Positions 21,150 to 30,513 of a DNA stretch of 59,483 nt are shown in pieces. Origin of the DNA: an uncultured Bacteroidales bacterium (GTDB lineage Bacteria; Bacteroidota; Bacteroidia; Bacteroidales; UBA7960); assembly GCA_964589855.1 (NCBI GenBank), contig CAZPVB010000003.1:1-59483 (forward strand), in the 5' to 3' direction. A program made the translations under genes and the position numbers. Under the pieces are notes generated by a model. That model was not told the origin of the DNA. It did no database searches and saw only the letters and a list, made by a program, of their open reading frames with translations. Position 1 is the stretch's first letter. The number at the start of each line of letters is the position of its first letter.

Positions 21150-22412
21150 TCAATAGCGAATATCATATTCTTTTATTTTTCTGTAAAGTGTTCTTTCGCT
21201 GATTCCTAATTCTTGTGCTGCCCTTTTTCTTCTTCCGTTGTGCTTTTGTAATGCTTTTACGATCAAATCTCTCTCTTTATGCTGTATACTAAGATTTTCT
21301 TCACCTATTGAAGAAGTTTCCTCTTCATAGTTTTCAATGATCTGATGGAGATCGTCCTGCCGGTTTTGTGATTTTTCATTTGTAGGGTTTCTGACAATAT
21401 TTTCGTTTTGATGATCTTCCAATGTATTATAAAGGCTTTTTATAAGTTGTGGATTTTCTTGTTGAAAGTCTCCGCTGACCAAACCGCTGCGATCGAGTTC
21501 TGCGATGATTTTTTTCAGATCGGCAATATCTTTTTTCATGTCGAAAAGGACTTTATAAAGGAGGTCCCGTTCAGAGACAGCGTTTTCGTTTTTTTTCAGA
21601 TCGCTGACCAAAACCGGGAGGTTGGAGTCAGCGGCATGAGGCAGGTATTTAAGGATGATCTCCGGGCTAATGATCCTGTTGTTTTCAATCACCGAAATTT
21701 GTTCTGCCATATTTTTTAATTGTCTGATGTTTCCCGGCCATCTGTAATTAAGCAAAATCCGTTCGGCATCGGGAGTGAGTTGCAGAGGTGGCATCCGGTA
21801 TTTTTCGGCAAAATCAGAGGAAAACTTTTTAAACAGCATAATAATGTCTTCCTGTCTTTCACGCAGAGGGGGTACGTAAATAGGAACCGTATTCAAACGA
21901 TAAAAAAGGTCTTCACGAAATTTTCCTGACTGTATGGCTTCCTGCAGATTTACATTGGTAGCGGCTACTACCCTTACATTGGTTTTGAGTGCTTTGGATG
22001 ATCCCACTTTCATGAATTCGCCACTTTCCAATACTCTTAGCAAACGTACTTGTGTGAGCAAAGGCAGCTCAGCAACTTCATCAAGAAAAATAGTACCGTT
22101 ATTTACCACTTCAAAATATCCCCTTCGTGCTTCATGTGCTCCTGTGAAAGACCCCTTCTCATGTCCAAAAAGTTCACTGTCTATTGTTCCCTCAGGTATG
22201 GCACCACAATTCACAGCAATAAAAGGTCCATGCTTGCGGGCACTAAGTTGATGAATGATTTTAGGAAACACCTCTTTTCCAACACCACTCTCACCCGTTA
22301 TCAATACGCTTATATCTGTGGGTGCCACCTGCCTTGCTACATCTAAGGCACGGTCAAGAACAGGGGAATGACCTATAATACCAAATCTTTGTTTTATACT
22401 TTGTATCTCCAT
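21150..22412 (-). CDS. Sigma-54-interacting AAA+ transcriptional activator with Fis-type HTH and no N-terminal sensor domain
   Basis: GESGVGKE (Walker A), SELFGHEKGSFTGA, FLDEV, WPGNIRQL and AAQELGISERTLYRK. Confidence 0.93.
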   Translation of the reverse strand: MEIQSIKQRFGIIGHSPVLDRALDVARQVAPTDISVLITGESGVGKEVFPKIIHQLSARKHGPFIAVNCGAIPEGTIDSELFGHEKGSFTGAHEARRGYFEVVNNGTIFLDEVAELPLLTQVRLLRVLESGEFMKVGSSKALKTNVRVVAATNVNLQEAIQSGKFREDLFYRLNTVPIYVPPLRERQEDIIMLFKKFSSDFAEKYRMPPLQLTPDAERILLNYRWPGNIRQLKNMAEQISVIENNRIISPEIILKYLPHAADSNLPVLVSDLKKNENAVSERDLLYKVLFDMKKDIADLKKIIAELDRSGLVSGDFQQENPQLIKSLYNTLEDHQNENIVRNPTNEKSQNRQDDLHQIIENYEEETSSIGEENLSIQHKERDLIVKALQKHNGRRKRAAQELGISERTLYRKIKEYDIRY

Positions 22413-22438
22413 TAAAATCTGAATAATGTGCTTTTGTA

Positions 22439-22461
22439 TGTCAATTTGTCATGCAAAGGTA
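22439..22461 (-). promoter_or_regulatory. Bacteroidota -7 promoter box with adjacent TGACA-N3-TGACA putative operator
   Basis: Minus strand TACCTTTG (22461-22454), then TGACAAATTGACA (22451-22439). Confidence 0.55.
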
Positions 22462-22835
22462 AGGGTTATTTTTGACAAAGAATTTTAATAAATGTTTATT
22501 CCTGAAGATTTTCAAAAGAATTCTCCCCATTTTTTTGTTTAGTTTTCAACAGTCGGTTCCTTGCCCGTCAGATCATTTTTAGTTTCTTGCATTACCTTTT
22601 TGATTGATATGATCAAAAATCAAACATTTCGGTTGATTAACGGGCGATTTTGCGTATAAAAATTTACTTTTGTCTTAAAAACAATTACTTTTATAGCTAC
22701 AATTCAAAACGATGTTAGAATTGCAACCAATCATTTGGCAATATCAATGAAAAGGGAAAACTTGGTGAAAGGATTTTGATTTTCATTGATACAGGAAGAA
22801 AATAAAAATGTAATGATTCAGGAAAATAACTAAGA

Positions 22836-25800
22836 ATGTCTTTTGATAACAAAATAGAGCAATTAAGAAGAAAAGCAGAGGAAACTCTCCGTAAGTTGGA
22901 TGATAAAAAGCAGCTGAATTCCGAAGATCAGGTTTCTGATATTAAGAATCTCCTTCACGAGTTACAAGTTCACCAGATAGAACTTGAGATGCAGAATGAG
23001 GAGATGCTAAAAACCCAAACAGAACTAGAGGCTCAAAAAAATAAATACACCGACTTGTTTGACTTTGCACCTGTGGGTTACCTGATCATGGATACCACTG
23101 GATTGATCCTGGAGGCGAATCAATCATTTTGCATGATGTTGCAGTTTCCCAAATCGGAAGTTGTAAATAAAAACTTATCTCAGTTTCTGAATTTTCACTC
23201 ACGCGATTCTTTTTATTTCCATTTACAGGGATTGAATGATAATGAATCCGAAAATCAGGTTAGTCAATTGCGCTTGCGTGTAAGAAATGGCGATGAAACG
23301 TGGATTAAACTGGAGAGCAAAACTGTTTTTTCTCATAAAGATAATACTTTGGTAATTCGGGCCACGATAAGCAACATTACCCGAACAAAAAAAACCGAAG
23401 AACACCTGTTGCGCTTGTCAAAGGCTTTCGAGCAAAGTTCAAACTCCATAATCATTACGGATACCGAAGGAATAATAGAGTATGTTAATCCACGATTTTA
23501 TGAAGTTACAGGTTTTGCACCCCATGAAGTGATCGGGCAAAACCCCCGCATTCTTAAGTACGAAAAATCGACAATAGATTATGACAGAATGTGGCAAACT
23601 ATTTTGTCTGGTAATACCTGGAATGGTGAGTTTTTGAACAGAACCAAGGATGGGAAAATGTTTTGGGAATTGGCCACCATAAGTCCGGTAAAAAACAACG
23701 AAGGGCAAATTATTAATTTTCTTGCCATCAAAGAGAACATCACCGAGCGCAAAATCGCCGAAGAAAAACTTCAAAAAGCGCGTGATTTTTATCTGAAGTT
23801 GTTGCAAGATTTTCCTGTAATGATTTGGCAATGCGATCAGGAAGGAGAATTTAATTATTTCAACCAAACTTTGTGTCAGTTTACCGGGATGAGTTTTTCG
23901 GAGTTGAAAAAAATCGATTTTTCAGAGATTATCCATCCAAAGGATATCCGCATATTTACCGATGCTTTTCAGCGAAGCTTGAAAAGCAAAATTCCTTTTG
24001 TTGTTGAATACCGGTTAAAAGACCAGTATTCAAATTACCGCTGGGTGCTTAATCATGCCAGACCTTTTACTGATATTGATGGCAACTATGGTGGATTTAT
24101 TTCCACCTGTATCGATATTCATGAGCGCAACATGGTTGAACAACGACTGATCGATAGTGAAGAAAAATACCGCAGGATGTTTGAAGATTCTTCTTTGGGC
24201 ATTTTTAAACTTGACCGGAATTTTTCCTTTGTATCTGCCAATAAGTCTTTCGCCTATATGTTTGGATATGACAACACCGTAGATTTTCTCATGGATATCA
24301 ATAACCAACCTGAAGCATTCTTTCCTGATTTTAATAAAGAGAAAGGATTTATAAAACAACTTGTAAAAAGTGATAAAGAACGATTTGTAATTGAAAAGGA
24401 GCTGCTCAAAAAAGATAAAAGTGCCATTCAAACCGTTATTCATTTGCGCAAAGTTAATGAGAGAAATTCTGAGAAAGACTTTTATATGGAGGGGTTTATT
24501 GAAGACATTACCAATCGCAAAATGGTAGAGCGTAATTTGCAAACTTCTGAACAAAAATTCAAAGCACTTTTTGAAAAATCTTACGATCCTATTCTTATCC
24601 TCGAAAAAGATACCATCATTGATTGTAATCAGAAAGCTTGCGAACTGCTGGGCATGTCACGTAATAAACTTCTTGAAAAATCTTACCTTGATGTTAGTGC
24701 CGATCTCCAGTATAATGGAGAAAAGAGTTCTGCTGTATATAAAAACATCATCAAAAAAGTTCGTGATGGAGATCCACAGAATTTTGACTGGTTGCATTTG
24801 CGCAAGGGAGAATCTTTTGACGCAGAAGTTAGTTTTGCCAGGATCTATGTAAACAATAAAAGACGTATACAAGTTATCATTCGCGATGTAAGTGAAAAAC
24901 GACTTGCTGAAAAACAATTGAAAGAAGCAAAGGAAGAGGCAGAAATGGCTAGAAAAGCGCAATCAGAGTTTCTTTCCCTGATGAGTCATGAGATCAGAAC
25001 CCCCCTCAATGCTGTGGTTTCCCTTACCGATCTGATGTTGCATGAAGATCTGAATCAGGATCACCTCGAAAATCTGGAAACCGTAAAATTCTCTGCCCGT
25101 CATTTGTTGGGGCTGATTGATGACATTCTCGATTACAACAAAATTGAATCTGGCAATATTCAGTTTGAGAATGAAGATTTTGATCTGAGATCTCTTGTTC
25201 ATGAATTATATAAATCGTTGGAGGTGAAAGCCAATGAAAAAAACATAGAACTCATTACCCACATTGACGAAAATGTTCCCAATATATTACGAACAGATAC
25301 ATTGCGGTTGAAGCAAATTCTATACAACATGCTTTCCAATGCCCTGAAGTTTACTGAAAAAGGGAATGTGTCTCTGAGCATTGAGAAAAACACGGATGAT
25401 AAAAAAGATAAGCGCATTTTCTTTGAGGTGAAAGATACAGGCATTGGAATCTCTGAAAACAGACTGGATGCTATTTTCGAAAAATTTACACAAGCTGAGG
25501 TAGATACCGGAAGAAAATATGGAGGAAGTGGACTGGGTTTGAGCATATGCAAAAAACTGGTAGAGTTGCAGGGAGGAAAAATTGAAGCCAAAAGTCAACC
25601 AGGAAAAGGATCGGTATTCAGGTTTTTTATCGAAATGGAAGAGGGGGATTCAAATTTCAGGCATGACAAAACGCTGAAAAAGGTAACGGAAGGGAAAACA
25701 CTGGAAGGTATGAAAATACTTTTGGTAGAGGATGATAAAATGAATCAGTTTGTTGGCAAAAAAGTAATTCAAAACAAATGGAAAGCTGATTTGCGAATTG

Positions 25801-26093
25801 TGGGAACAGCAGAAGAAGCACTTGATATTTTGCATAAAGAGGATTTTGATCTGATCCTTATGGATTTGTTGTTGCCGGGTATTGATGGTTACCAGGCCAC
25901 CAAAACCATCCGGAAGAACAAAGACAAAAAATTCAGAAACGCTTCGGTGCCGATTATTGCCCTTACCGCCGATGCTTTTAAGGAAACACGTAATGAGGCT
26001 TTTAAAGCTGGTTTGGATGATTTTATTACCAAACCTTTCGATTATCCACAATTATTTGAAAAAATAATGGAATACAAGCCTCAAAAATCATAA
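22836..26093 (+). CDS. Soluble multi-PAS hybrid sensor histidine kinase/response regulator
   Basis: About five PAS/PAC repeats, HisKA MSHEIRTPLN, HATPase NALKFT/DTGIG/GGSGLGL and C-terminal REC DLILMD; no TM segment. TACTTTTG box at 22665-22672. Confidence 0.93.
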   Translation: MSFDNKIEQLRRKAEETLRKLDDKKQLNSEDQVSDIKNLLHELQVHQIELEMQNEEMLKTQTELEAQKNKYTDLFDFAPVGYLIMDTTGLILEANQSFCMMLQFPKSEVVNKNLSQFLNFHSRDSFYFHLQGLNDNESENQVSQLRLRVRNGDETWIKLESKTVFSHKDNTLVIRATISNITRTKKTEEHLLRLSKAFEQSSNSIIITDTEGIIEYVNPRFYEVTGFAPHEVIGQNPRILKYEKSTIDYDRMWQTILSGNTWNGEFLNRTKDGKMFWELATISPVKNNEGQIINFLAIKENITERKIAEEKLQKARDFYLKLLQDFPVMIWQCDQEGEFNYFNQTLCQFTGMSFSELKKIDFSEIIHPKDIRIFTDAFQRSLKSKIPFVVEYRLKDQYSNYRWVLNHARPFTDIDGNYGGFISTCIDIHERNMVEQRLIDSEEKYRRMFEDSSLGIFKLDRNFSFVSANKSFAYMFGYDNTVDFLMDINNQPEAFFPDFNKEKGFIKQLVKSDKERFVIEKELLKKDKSAIQTVIHLRKVNERNSEKDFYMEGFIEDITNRKMVERNLQTSEQKFKALFEKSYDPILILEKDTIIDCNQKACELLGMSRNKLLEKSYLDVSADLQYNGEKSSAVYKNIIKKVRDGDPQNFDWLHLRKGESFDAEVSFARIYVNNKRRIQVIIRDVSEKRLAEKQLKEAKEEAEMARKAQSEFLSLMSHEIRTPLNAVVSLTDLMLHEDLNQDHLENLETVKFSARHLLGLIDDILDYNKIESGNIQFENEDFDLRSLVHELYKSLEVKANEKNIELITHIDENVPNILRTDTLRLKQILYNMLSNALKFTEKGNVSLSIEKNTDDKKDKRIFFEVKDTGIGISENRLDAIFEKFTQAEVDTGRKYGGSGLGLSICKKLVELQGGKIEAKSQPGKGSVFRFFIEMEEGDSNFRHDKTLKKVTEGKTLEGMKILLVEDDKMNQFVGKKVIQNKWKADLRIVGTAEEALDILHKEDFDLILMDLLLPGIDGYQATKTIRKNKDKKFRNASVPIIALTADAFKETRNEAFKAGLDDFITKPFDYPQLFEKIMEYKPQKS

Positions 26094-26222
26094 TGCCATC
26101 AGTGTTTTTAGTTTGATTTCACCGGATTTTCGTTTTTGAGTCCAGTATAAAATAGTTATTGTACACAAATTTCACTCATTAGCACGAATTTAATAAACTA
26201 ATTTTCAATTTCTTATGATATT

Positions 26223-26255
26223 ACTCGTCAGACGGCTCAAGGTCGTCCGACGAGT
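26223..26255. repeat. GC-rich REP-like palindrome
   Basis: ACTCGTCAGACG-N9-CGTCCGACGAGT pairs at 11 of 12 positions; no U tract follows. Confidence 0.5.
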
Positions 26256-26425
26256 TGAATACATATGTTATTGCTTTTTTGCCTCGAATTTTCAACCACT
26301 TCAAAAAAATACGCAGATGACCTAATTCTTATGGTATCTTAATAATTTCATCAGAATTCAGGCCTATTTTATAAATTTGCAGATTCTTTATAATTGGTAA
26401 ATAAAAAACAGAAGAAAAATATTTT

Positions 26426-28501
26426 ATGAGCGATAAAAATCAGGAGGGATTCAAAGACTTTAAAAAATACACCGTAACTTCAGCTTTGCCCTATGCAAAC
26501 GGCCCTGTTCACATCGGGCATTTGGCAGGTGTATATGTTCCAGCAGACATCTATGTGCGTTATCTGCGTCTGAAGGGACGCGAAGTTTTATTTATAGGAG
26601 GAAGTGATGAGCATGGTGTACCCATCACCATAAAAGCACGCAAAGAAAATATTTCACCACAGGATGTGGTAGATAAATATCATAACATGATCAAAAATTC
26701 TTTTGAGAAATTTGGTATCTCCTTTGATGTTTACAGTCGTACTTCTGCCCCCATCCACCATGATACAGCTTCAGCATTTTTTAAAACCCTTTACGAAAAA
26801 GGAAAACTTACCGAGAAAGAATCTGAACAATATTACGATCAGGCCAATAACCAATTTCTGGCAGACCGCTATATAACCGGTACCTGCCCCCATTGCGATT
26901 ACGAGAAAGCCTACGGCGACCAGTGCGAAAATTGTGGAACTTCCCTTAGTCCAGCAGATTTGATCAATCCTTCCTCTGTATTAAGTGGGGAGAAACCCGT
27001 TATGAAAAAAACCACCCATTGGTATTTGCCTTTGCAGGATTATGAGAAAATGCTCACGCAGTGGATACTGGAAGGACATAAAAACGACTGGAAGTCGAAT
27101 GTATACGGACAGTGTAAATCCTGGATTGATCAGGGTTTGCAGCCCAGAGCAGTTACACGCGATCTGGATTGGGGTGTAAAAGTTCCTTTAAAAAATGCAG
27201 AGGGAAAAGTGCTTTATGTTTGGTTTGATGCACCTATTGGCTATATATCTGCCACCCGCGAGTGGAGTAGTAAAACCGGCAAAAACTGGGAACCCTGGTG
27301 GAAAGACAAACAAAGCAAGCTCGTACATTTTATTGGAAAAGATAACATTGTTTTTCATTGTATTATTTTTCCAAGTATGCTGTATGCCGAAGGATCTTAC
27401 ATATTGCCTGAAAATGTGCCAGCCAACGAATTTTTGAATCTTGAAGGGGATAAAATCTCCACCAGTCGCAACTGGGCAGTATGGTTGCATGAATATCTGG
27501 AAGAATTTCAGGGGCAGGAAGATGTGCTGAGGTATGTTTTGTGTGCGGCTGCTCCCGAAACAAAGGATAATGATTTTACCTGGAAAGATTTTCAGGCACG
27601 CAATAATAACGAATTACTTGCCATATTGGGTAATTTTGTCAACCGCACACTTATACTCACGCAAAAATATTTTAAAGGTAAAGTACCAGCAAAAGGCGAG
27701 TTAAGGGCAGAAGACCATGAAGTGCTGGAAAAAATGACAAATTTTCCTGAAACCATTGGAAACAGTTTGGAAGTATATAAGTTCAGAGAAGCACTGAATG
27801 AAATGATGAATCTGGCCAGGTTGGGAAACAAATATTTAACGGATCAGGAACCATGGAAAATTTTTAAACAAGATCCGGCAAGGGTGGAAACAATACTCTA
27901 TATAAGTTTGCGTATTTGTTCCATGCTTGCTGTATTGTCTGAACCCTTTTTGCCATTTACTTCATCCAAAATGCTTCAAATGCTGAATATAAAAAAGACG
28001 CTATGGGATGAAGTTGCTTTGGAGGATATAATTTTACCCGGACAACAGATCGGTAAACCTGAGTTTCTCTTCTCAAAAATTGAAGATGAGACCGTTCAAA
28101 AGCAGATCGATAAACTTATACAAACAAAAAAAGAGAATACAGAAGCAGAACAAAGCAAACCGGTTGATTTCAAAGCGCCTGTTCATTTTGAAGATTTCGC
28201 TAAAATGGACTTACGGATTGCCACCATTAAAAAGGCTGAAAAGGTACCTAAAACCAAAAAACTACTCAAACTAACCCTTGAAACGGGTGTTGAAACACGT
28301 GTAGTTGTATCAGGTATTGCCGAATATTACAAACCCGAAGATATTTTAGATAAACAGGTAATTTTGCTGGCAAATCTTCAACCCAAAACAATAAAAGGTA
28401 TTGATTCACACGGCATGATACTGATGGCAGGAGAAAACAATGGGAAACTATCTTTTGTGCAACCAGATAAGGCTATTCAGGATGGCAGCATAGTTGCTTA
28501 G
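26426..28501 (+). CDS. metG: Methionine--tRNA ligase with C-terminal tRNA-binding domain
   Basis: [21 protein letters not shown] zinc knuckles, KISTS and a C-terminal OB domain. TAAATTTG box at 26372-26379. Confidence 0.98.
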   Translation: MSDKNQEGFKDFKKYTVTSALPYANGPVHIGHLAGVYVPADIYVRYLRLKGREVLFIGGSDEHGVPITIKARKENISPQDVVDKYHNMIKNSFEKFGISFDVYSRTSAPIHHDTASAFFKTLYEKGKLTEKESEQYYDQANNQFLADRYITGTCPHCDYEKAYGDQCENCGTSLSPADLINPSSVLSGEKPVMKKTTHWYLPLQDYEKMLTQWILEGHKNDWKSNVYGQCKSWIDQGLQPRAVTRDLDWGVKVPLKNAEGKVLYVWFDAPIGYISATREWSSKTGKNWEPWWKDKQSKLVHFIGKDNIVFHCIIFPSMLYAEGSYILPENVPANEFLNLEGDKISTSRNWAVWLHEYLEEFQGQEDVLRYVLCAAAPETKDNDFTWKDFQARNNNELLAILGNFVNRTLILTQKYFKGKVPAKGELRAEDHEVLEKMTNFPETIGNSLEVYKFREALNEMMNLARLGNKYLTDQEPWKIFKQDPARVETILYISLRICSMLAVLSEPFLPFTSSKMLQMLNIKKTLWDEVALEDIILPGQQIGKPEFLFSKIEDETVQKQIDKLIQTKKENTEAEQSKPVDFKAPVHFEDFAKMDLRIATIKKAEKVPKTKKLLKLTLETGVETRVVVSGIAEYYKPEDILDKQVILLANLQPKTIKGIDSHGMILMAGENNGKLSFVQPDKAIQDGSIVA

Positions 28502-28673
28502 TCTTTCTTTATTAACAATTTAGACAAAAATATAACGAATTTGTATAAAATTAGTTTTTTTAAACTTTGTTTAATTTACTTTGTTTGGTTTGTAATAGTT
28601 TGATATTCTGACACATACGGCAGTAAAACAACAAAAGGGTAAAACCACCAATCAATACACGCATTTTCACGGT

Positions 28674-28703
28674 TTTGGCAAGAAGAAAATTTAGTTATAT
28701 TTG
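28674..28703 (+). promoter_or_regulatory. Bacteroidota primary-sigma promoter of tRNA-Arg
   Basis: TTTG (28674-28677), N18, TATATTTG (28696-28703), 11 nt before the tRNA. Confidence 0.7.
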
Positions 28704-28714
28704 CGCTCCTTTTG

Positions 28715-28786
28715 GGCCTCGTAGTTCAATGGATAGAATAGAAGTTTCCTAAACTTTAGATACAGGTTCGATTCCTGTCGAGGCTA
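28715..28786 (+). tRNA. tRNA-Arg (anticodon CCT)
   Basis: Acceptor stem GGCCTCG/CGAGGCT, D arm GTTC-AATGGATA-GAAT, anticodon arm GAAGT-TTCCTAA-ACTTT and T arm ACAGG-TTCGATT-CCTGT; CCA not encoded. Confidence 0.95.
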
Positions 28787-28893
28787 CAACTCTTTACTTA
28801 TTAAATATAAACTAAATAAATACCTCCTTTAAGAATCATTGAAAATAAAATAACTCTATTTTCAGTATTCTTAGATTAAAAAAGCAATAAAAA

Positions 28894-29106
28894 ATGAATA
28901 AAAAAGAAGAAAGACCCAGTAAAATCTCTTACGAACGCTACCTCAATGAGCTGGGAATTCCTGAATCATTCAAAAAATCTAACAACGGTCATATTCCTGA
29001 TTACGTAAAATACGGAACATGGTTGCGTGTTAATGATACCGACAAATTTGAAAATGATTACCAGGATTGGAAAGCAAAAGTAAGAGCGGAACAAAATTTA
29101 TCCTGA
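28894..29106 (+). CDS. Small hypothetical protein (70 aa)
   Basis: ATG preceded by an A-rich leader, protein-like composition, and a strong terminator downstream. Confidence 0.7.
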   Translation: MNKKEERPSKISYERYLNELGIPESFKKSNNGHIPDYVKYGTWLRVNDTDKFENDYQDWKAKVRAEQNLS

Positions 29107-29157
29107 TTTTAAACCTTTAAACCATGTATAGAAAAATTGATTTTGTTTATATGTGGA

Positions 29158-29201
29158 AAACAGAAAAGCACTCATAATTCAATATGAGTGCTTTTCTGTT
29201 T
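29158..29201. terminator. Bidirectional terminator with a 19-bp perfect inverted repeat
   Basis: AAACAGAAAAGCACTCATA-attcaa-TATGAGTGCTTTTCTGTTT between convergent genes. Confidence 0.85.
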
Positions 29202-29237
29202 ATAAACTAAATGTTTATAAATGATTTAGAATTATTC

Positions 29238-30428
29238 TTATGATATAACTTCAAGTTCTTTTCCAACTTTGATAAATGCTGCAATGGCTTTATCGAGGTG
29301 CTGTTTTTCGTGAGCAGCAGAAAGTTGAATTCGAATTCTTGCCTGTTCTTTGGGAACTACGGGGTAGTAAAAACCGATCACGTATATACCCTCTTCGAGC
29401 ATACGGGCAGCAAATTTTTGTGAAAGCGAAGCATCATACAACATTAAAGCCACGATAGCAGAATCAGAAGGTTTGAGATCGAAACCCGCCTGCGATATTT
29501 TTTCCTTGAAATAGGCAGTGTTATCCATTAATTTATCACGAAATTGCGTATTGTCGCTTATAAGATCAAAAACTGCCAAAGAAGCCCCAACAATGGCAGG
29601 GCTAAGCGAATTAGAGAACAAATAGGGGCGCGACCGTTGTCTCAATAGGTCAATTACCTCTTTTTTACCGGTTGTAAAACCACCTAATCCGCCACCTAAC
29701 GCTTTTCCGAGTGTACCTGTAATAATATCAACTTTATGCAGAACATGATGGTATTCGGGAGCACCTCTTCCGGTTTTTCCAATAAAACCTGCCGAATGAC
29801 ATTCATCGGTCATTACCATGGCATCATATTTTTCTGCCAATGCAACAATCTCGTTCATTTTTGCAATGTCGCCGTCCATGGAAAAAACACCGTCGGTAAC
29901 GATAATCCTGTGTCGTTGGTTCTGTGCTTTTTGAAGTTGTTCCTCCAGGTCTTTCATGTCGGCATGTGCAAACCGGTATCTTACAGCTTTGCACAATCTT
30001 ACGCCATCAATGATAGAGGCATGATTAAGAGCATCGGAGATTATGGCATCATTTTGATCAAACAGGGGTTCAAAAACACCACCATTGGCATCGAAACATG
30101 CAGCATACAATATTGTATCCTCCGTGCCAAAATATTCGGCTATTTTTTGTTCGAGTTGTTTGTGTATATCTTGTGTGCCACAAATAAACCTCACCGACGA
30201 TAGTCCATATCCATGGGAATCGAGTGCTTTTTTTGCACCTTCAATTACCGTGGGATGGTTGGAGAGCCCCAGATAGTTATTAGCACAAAAATTCAGTACA
30301 TTTTCTCCGGTATCAAGGGTTATTTCTGCACGCTGTGGGGTTGTTATTATTCTTTCTTTTTTAAATAAACCTGCCTCTTTTGTTTGCTGGATTTGATCCT
30401 GCAGGTGCTCTTGAATTTTGCCGTACAT
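29238..30428 (-). CDS. kbl: Glycine C-acetyltransferase (2-amino-3-ketobutyrate CoA ligase)
   Basis: NFCANNYLGL, SSVRFICGTQDIH and TGTLGKALGG (PLP lysine). Confidence 0.96.
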   Translation of the reverse strand: MYGKIQEHLQDQIQQTKEAGLFKKERIITTPQRAEITLDTGENVLNFCANNYLGLSNHPTVIEGAKKALDSHGYGLSSVRFICGTQDIHKQLEQKIAEYFGTEDTILYAACFDANGGVFEPLFDQNDAIISDALNHASIIDGVRLCKAVRYRFAHADMKDLEEQLQKAQNQRHRIIVTDGVFSMDGDIAKMNEIVALAEKYDAMVMTDECHSAGFIGKTGRGAPEYHHVLHKVDIITGTLGKALGGGLGGFTTGKKEVIDLLRQRSRPYLFSNSLSPAIVGASLAVFDLISDNTQFRDKLMDNTAYFKEKISQAGFDLKPSDSAIVALMLYDASLSQKFAARMLEEGIYVIGFYYPVVPKEQARIRIQLSAAHEKQHLDKAIAAFIKVGKELEVIS

Positions 30429-30513
30429 GTTTTTTCCGATTTAATTAACAATGTGTTTTGATTTGGGTAAACTCAACAATGAATTATTTATTTTACAACT
30501 GATATTCTGCTTT

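Noticed and set aside
28715..29237. Prophage or integrative element at tRNA-Arg
   Set aside because: No integrase, no duplicated tRNA 3' end, and housekeeping genes resume within 500 bp.
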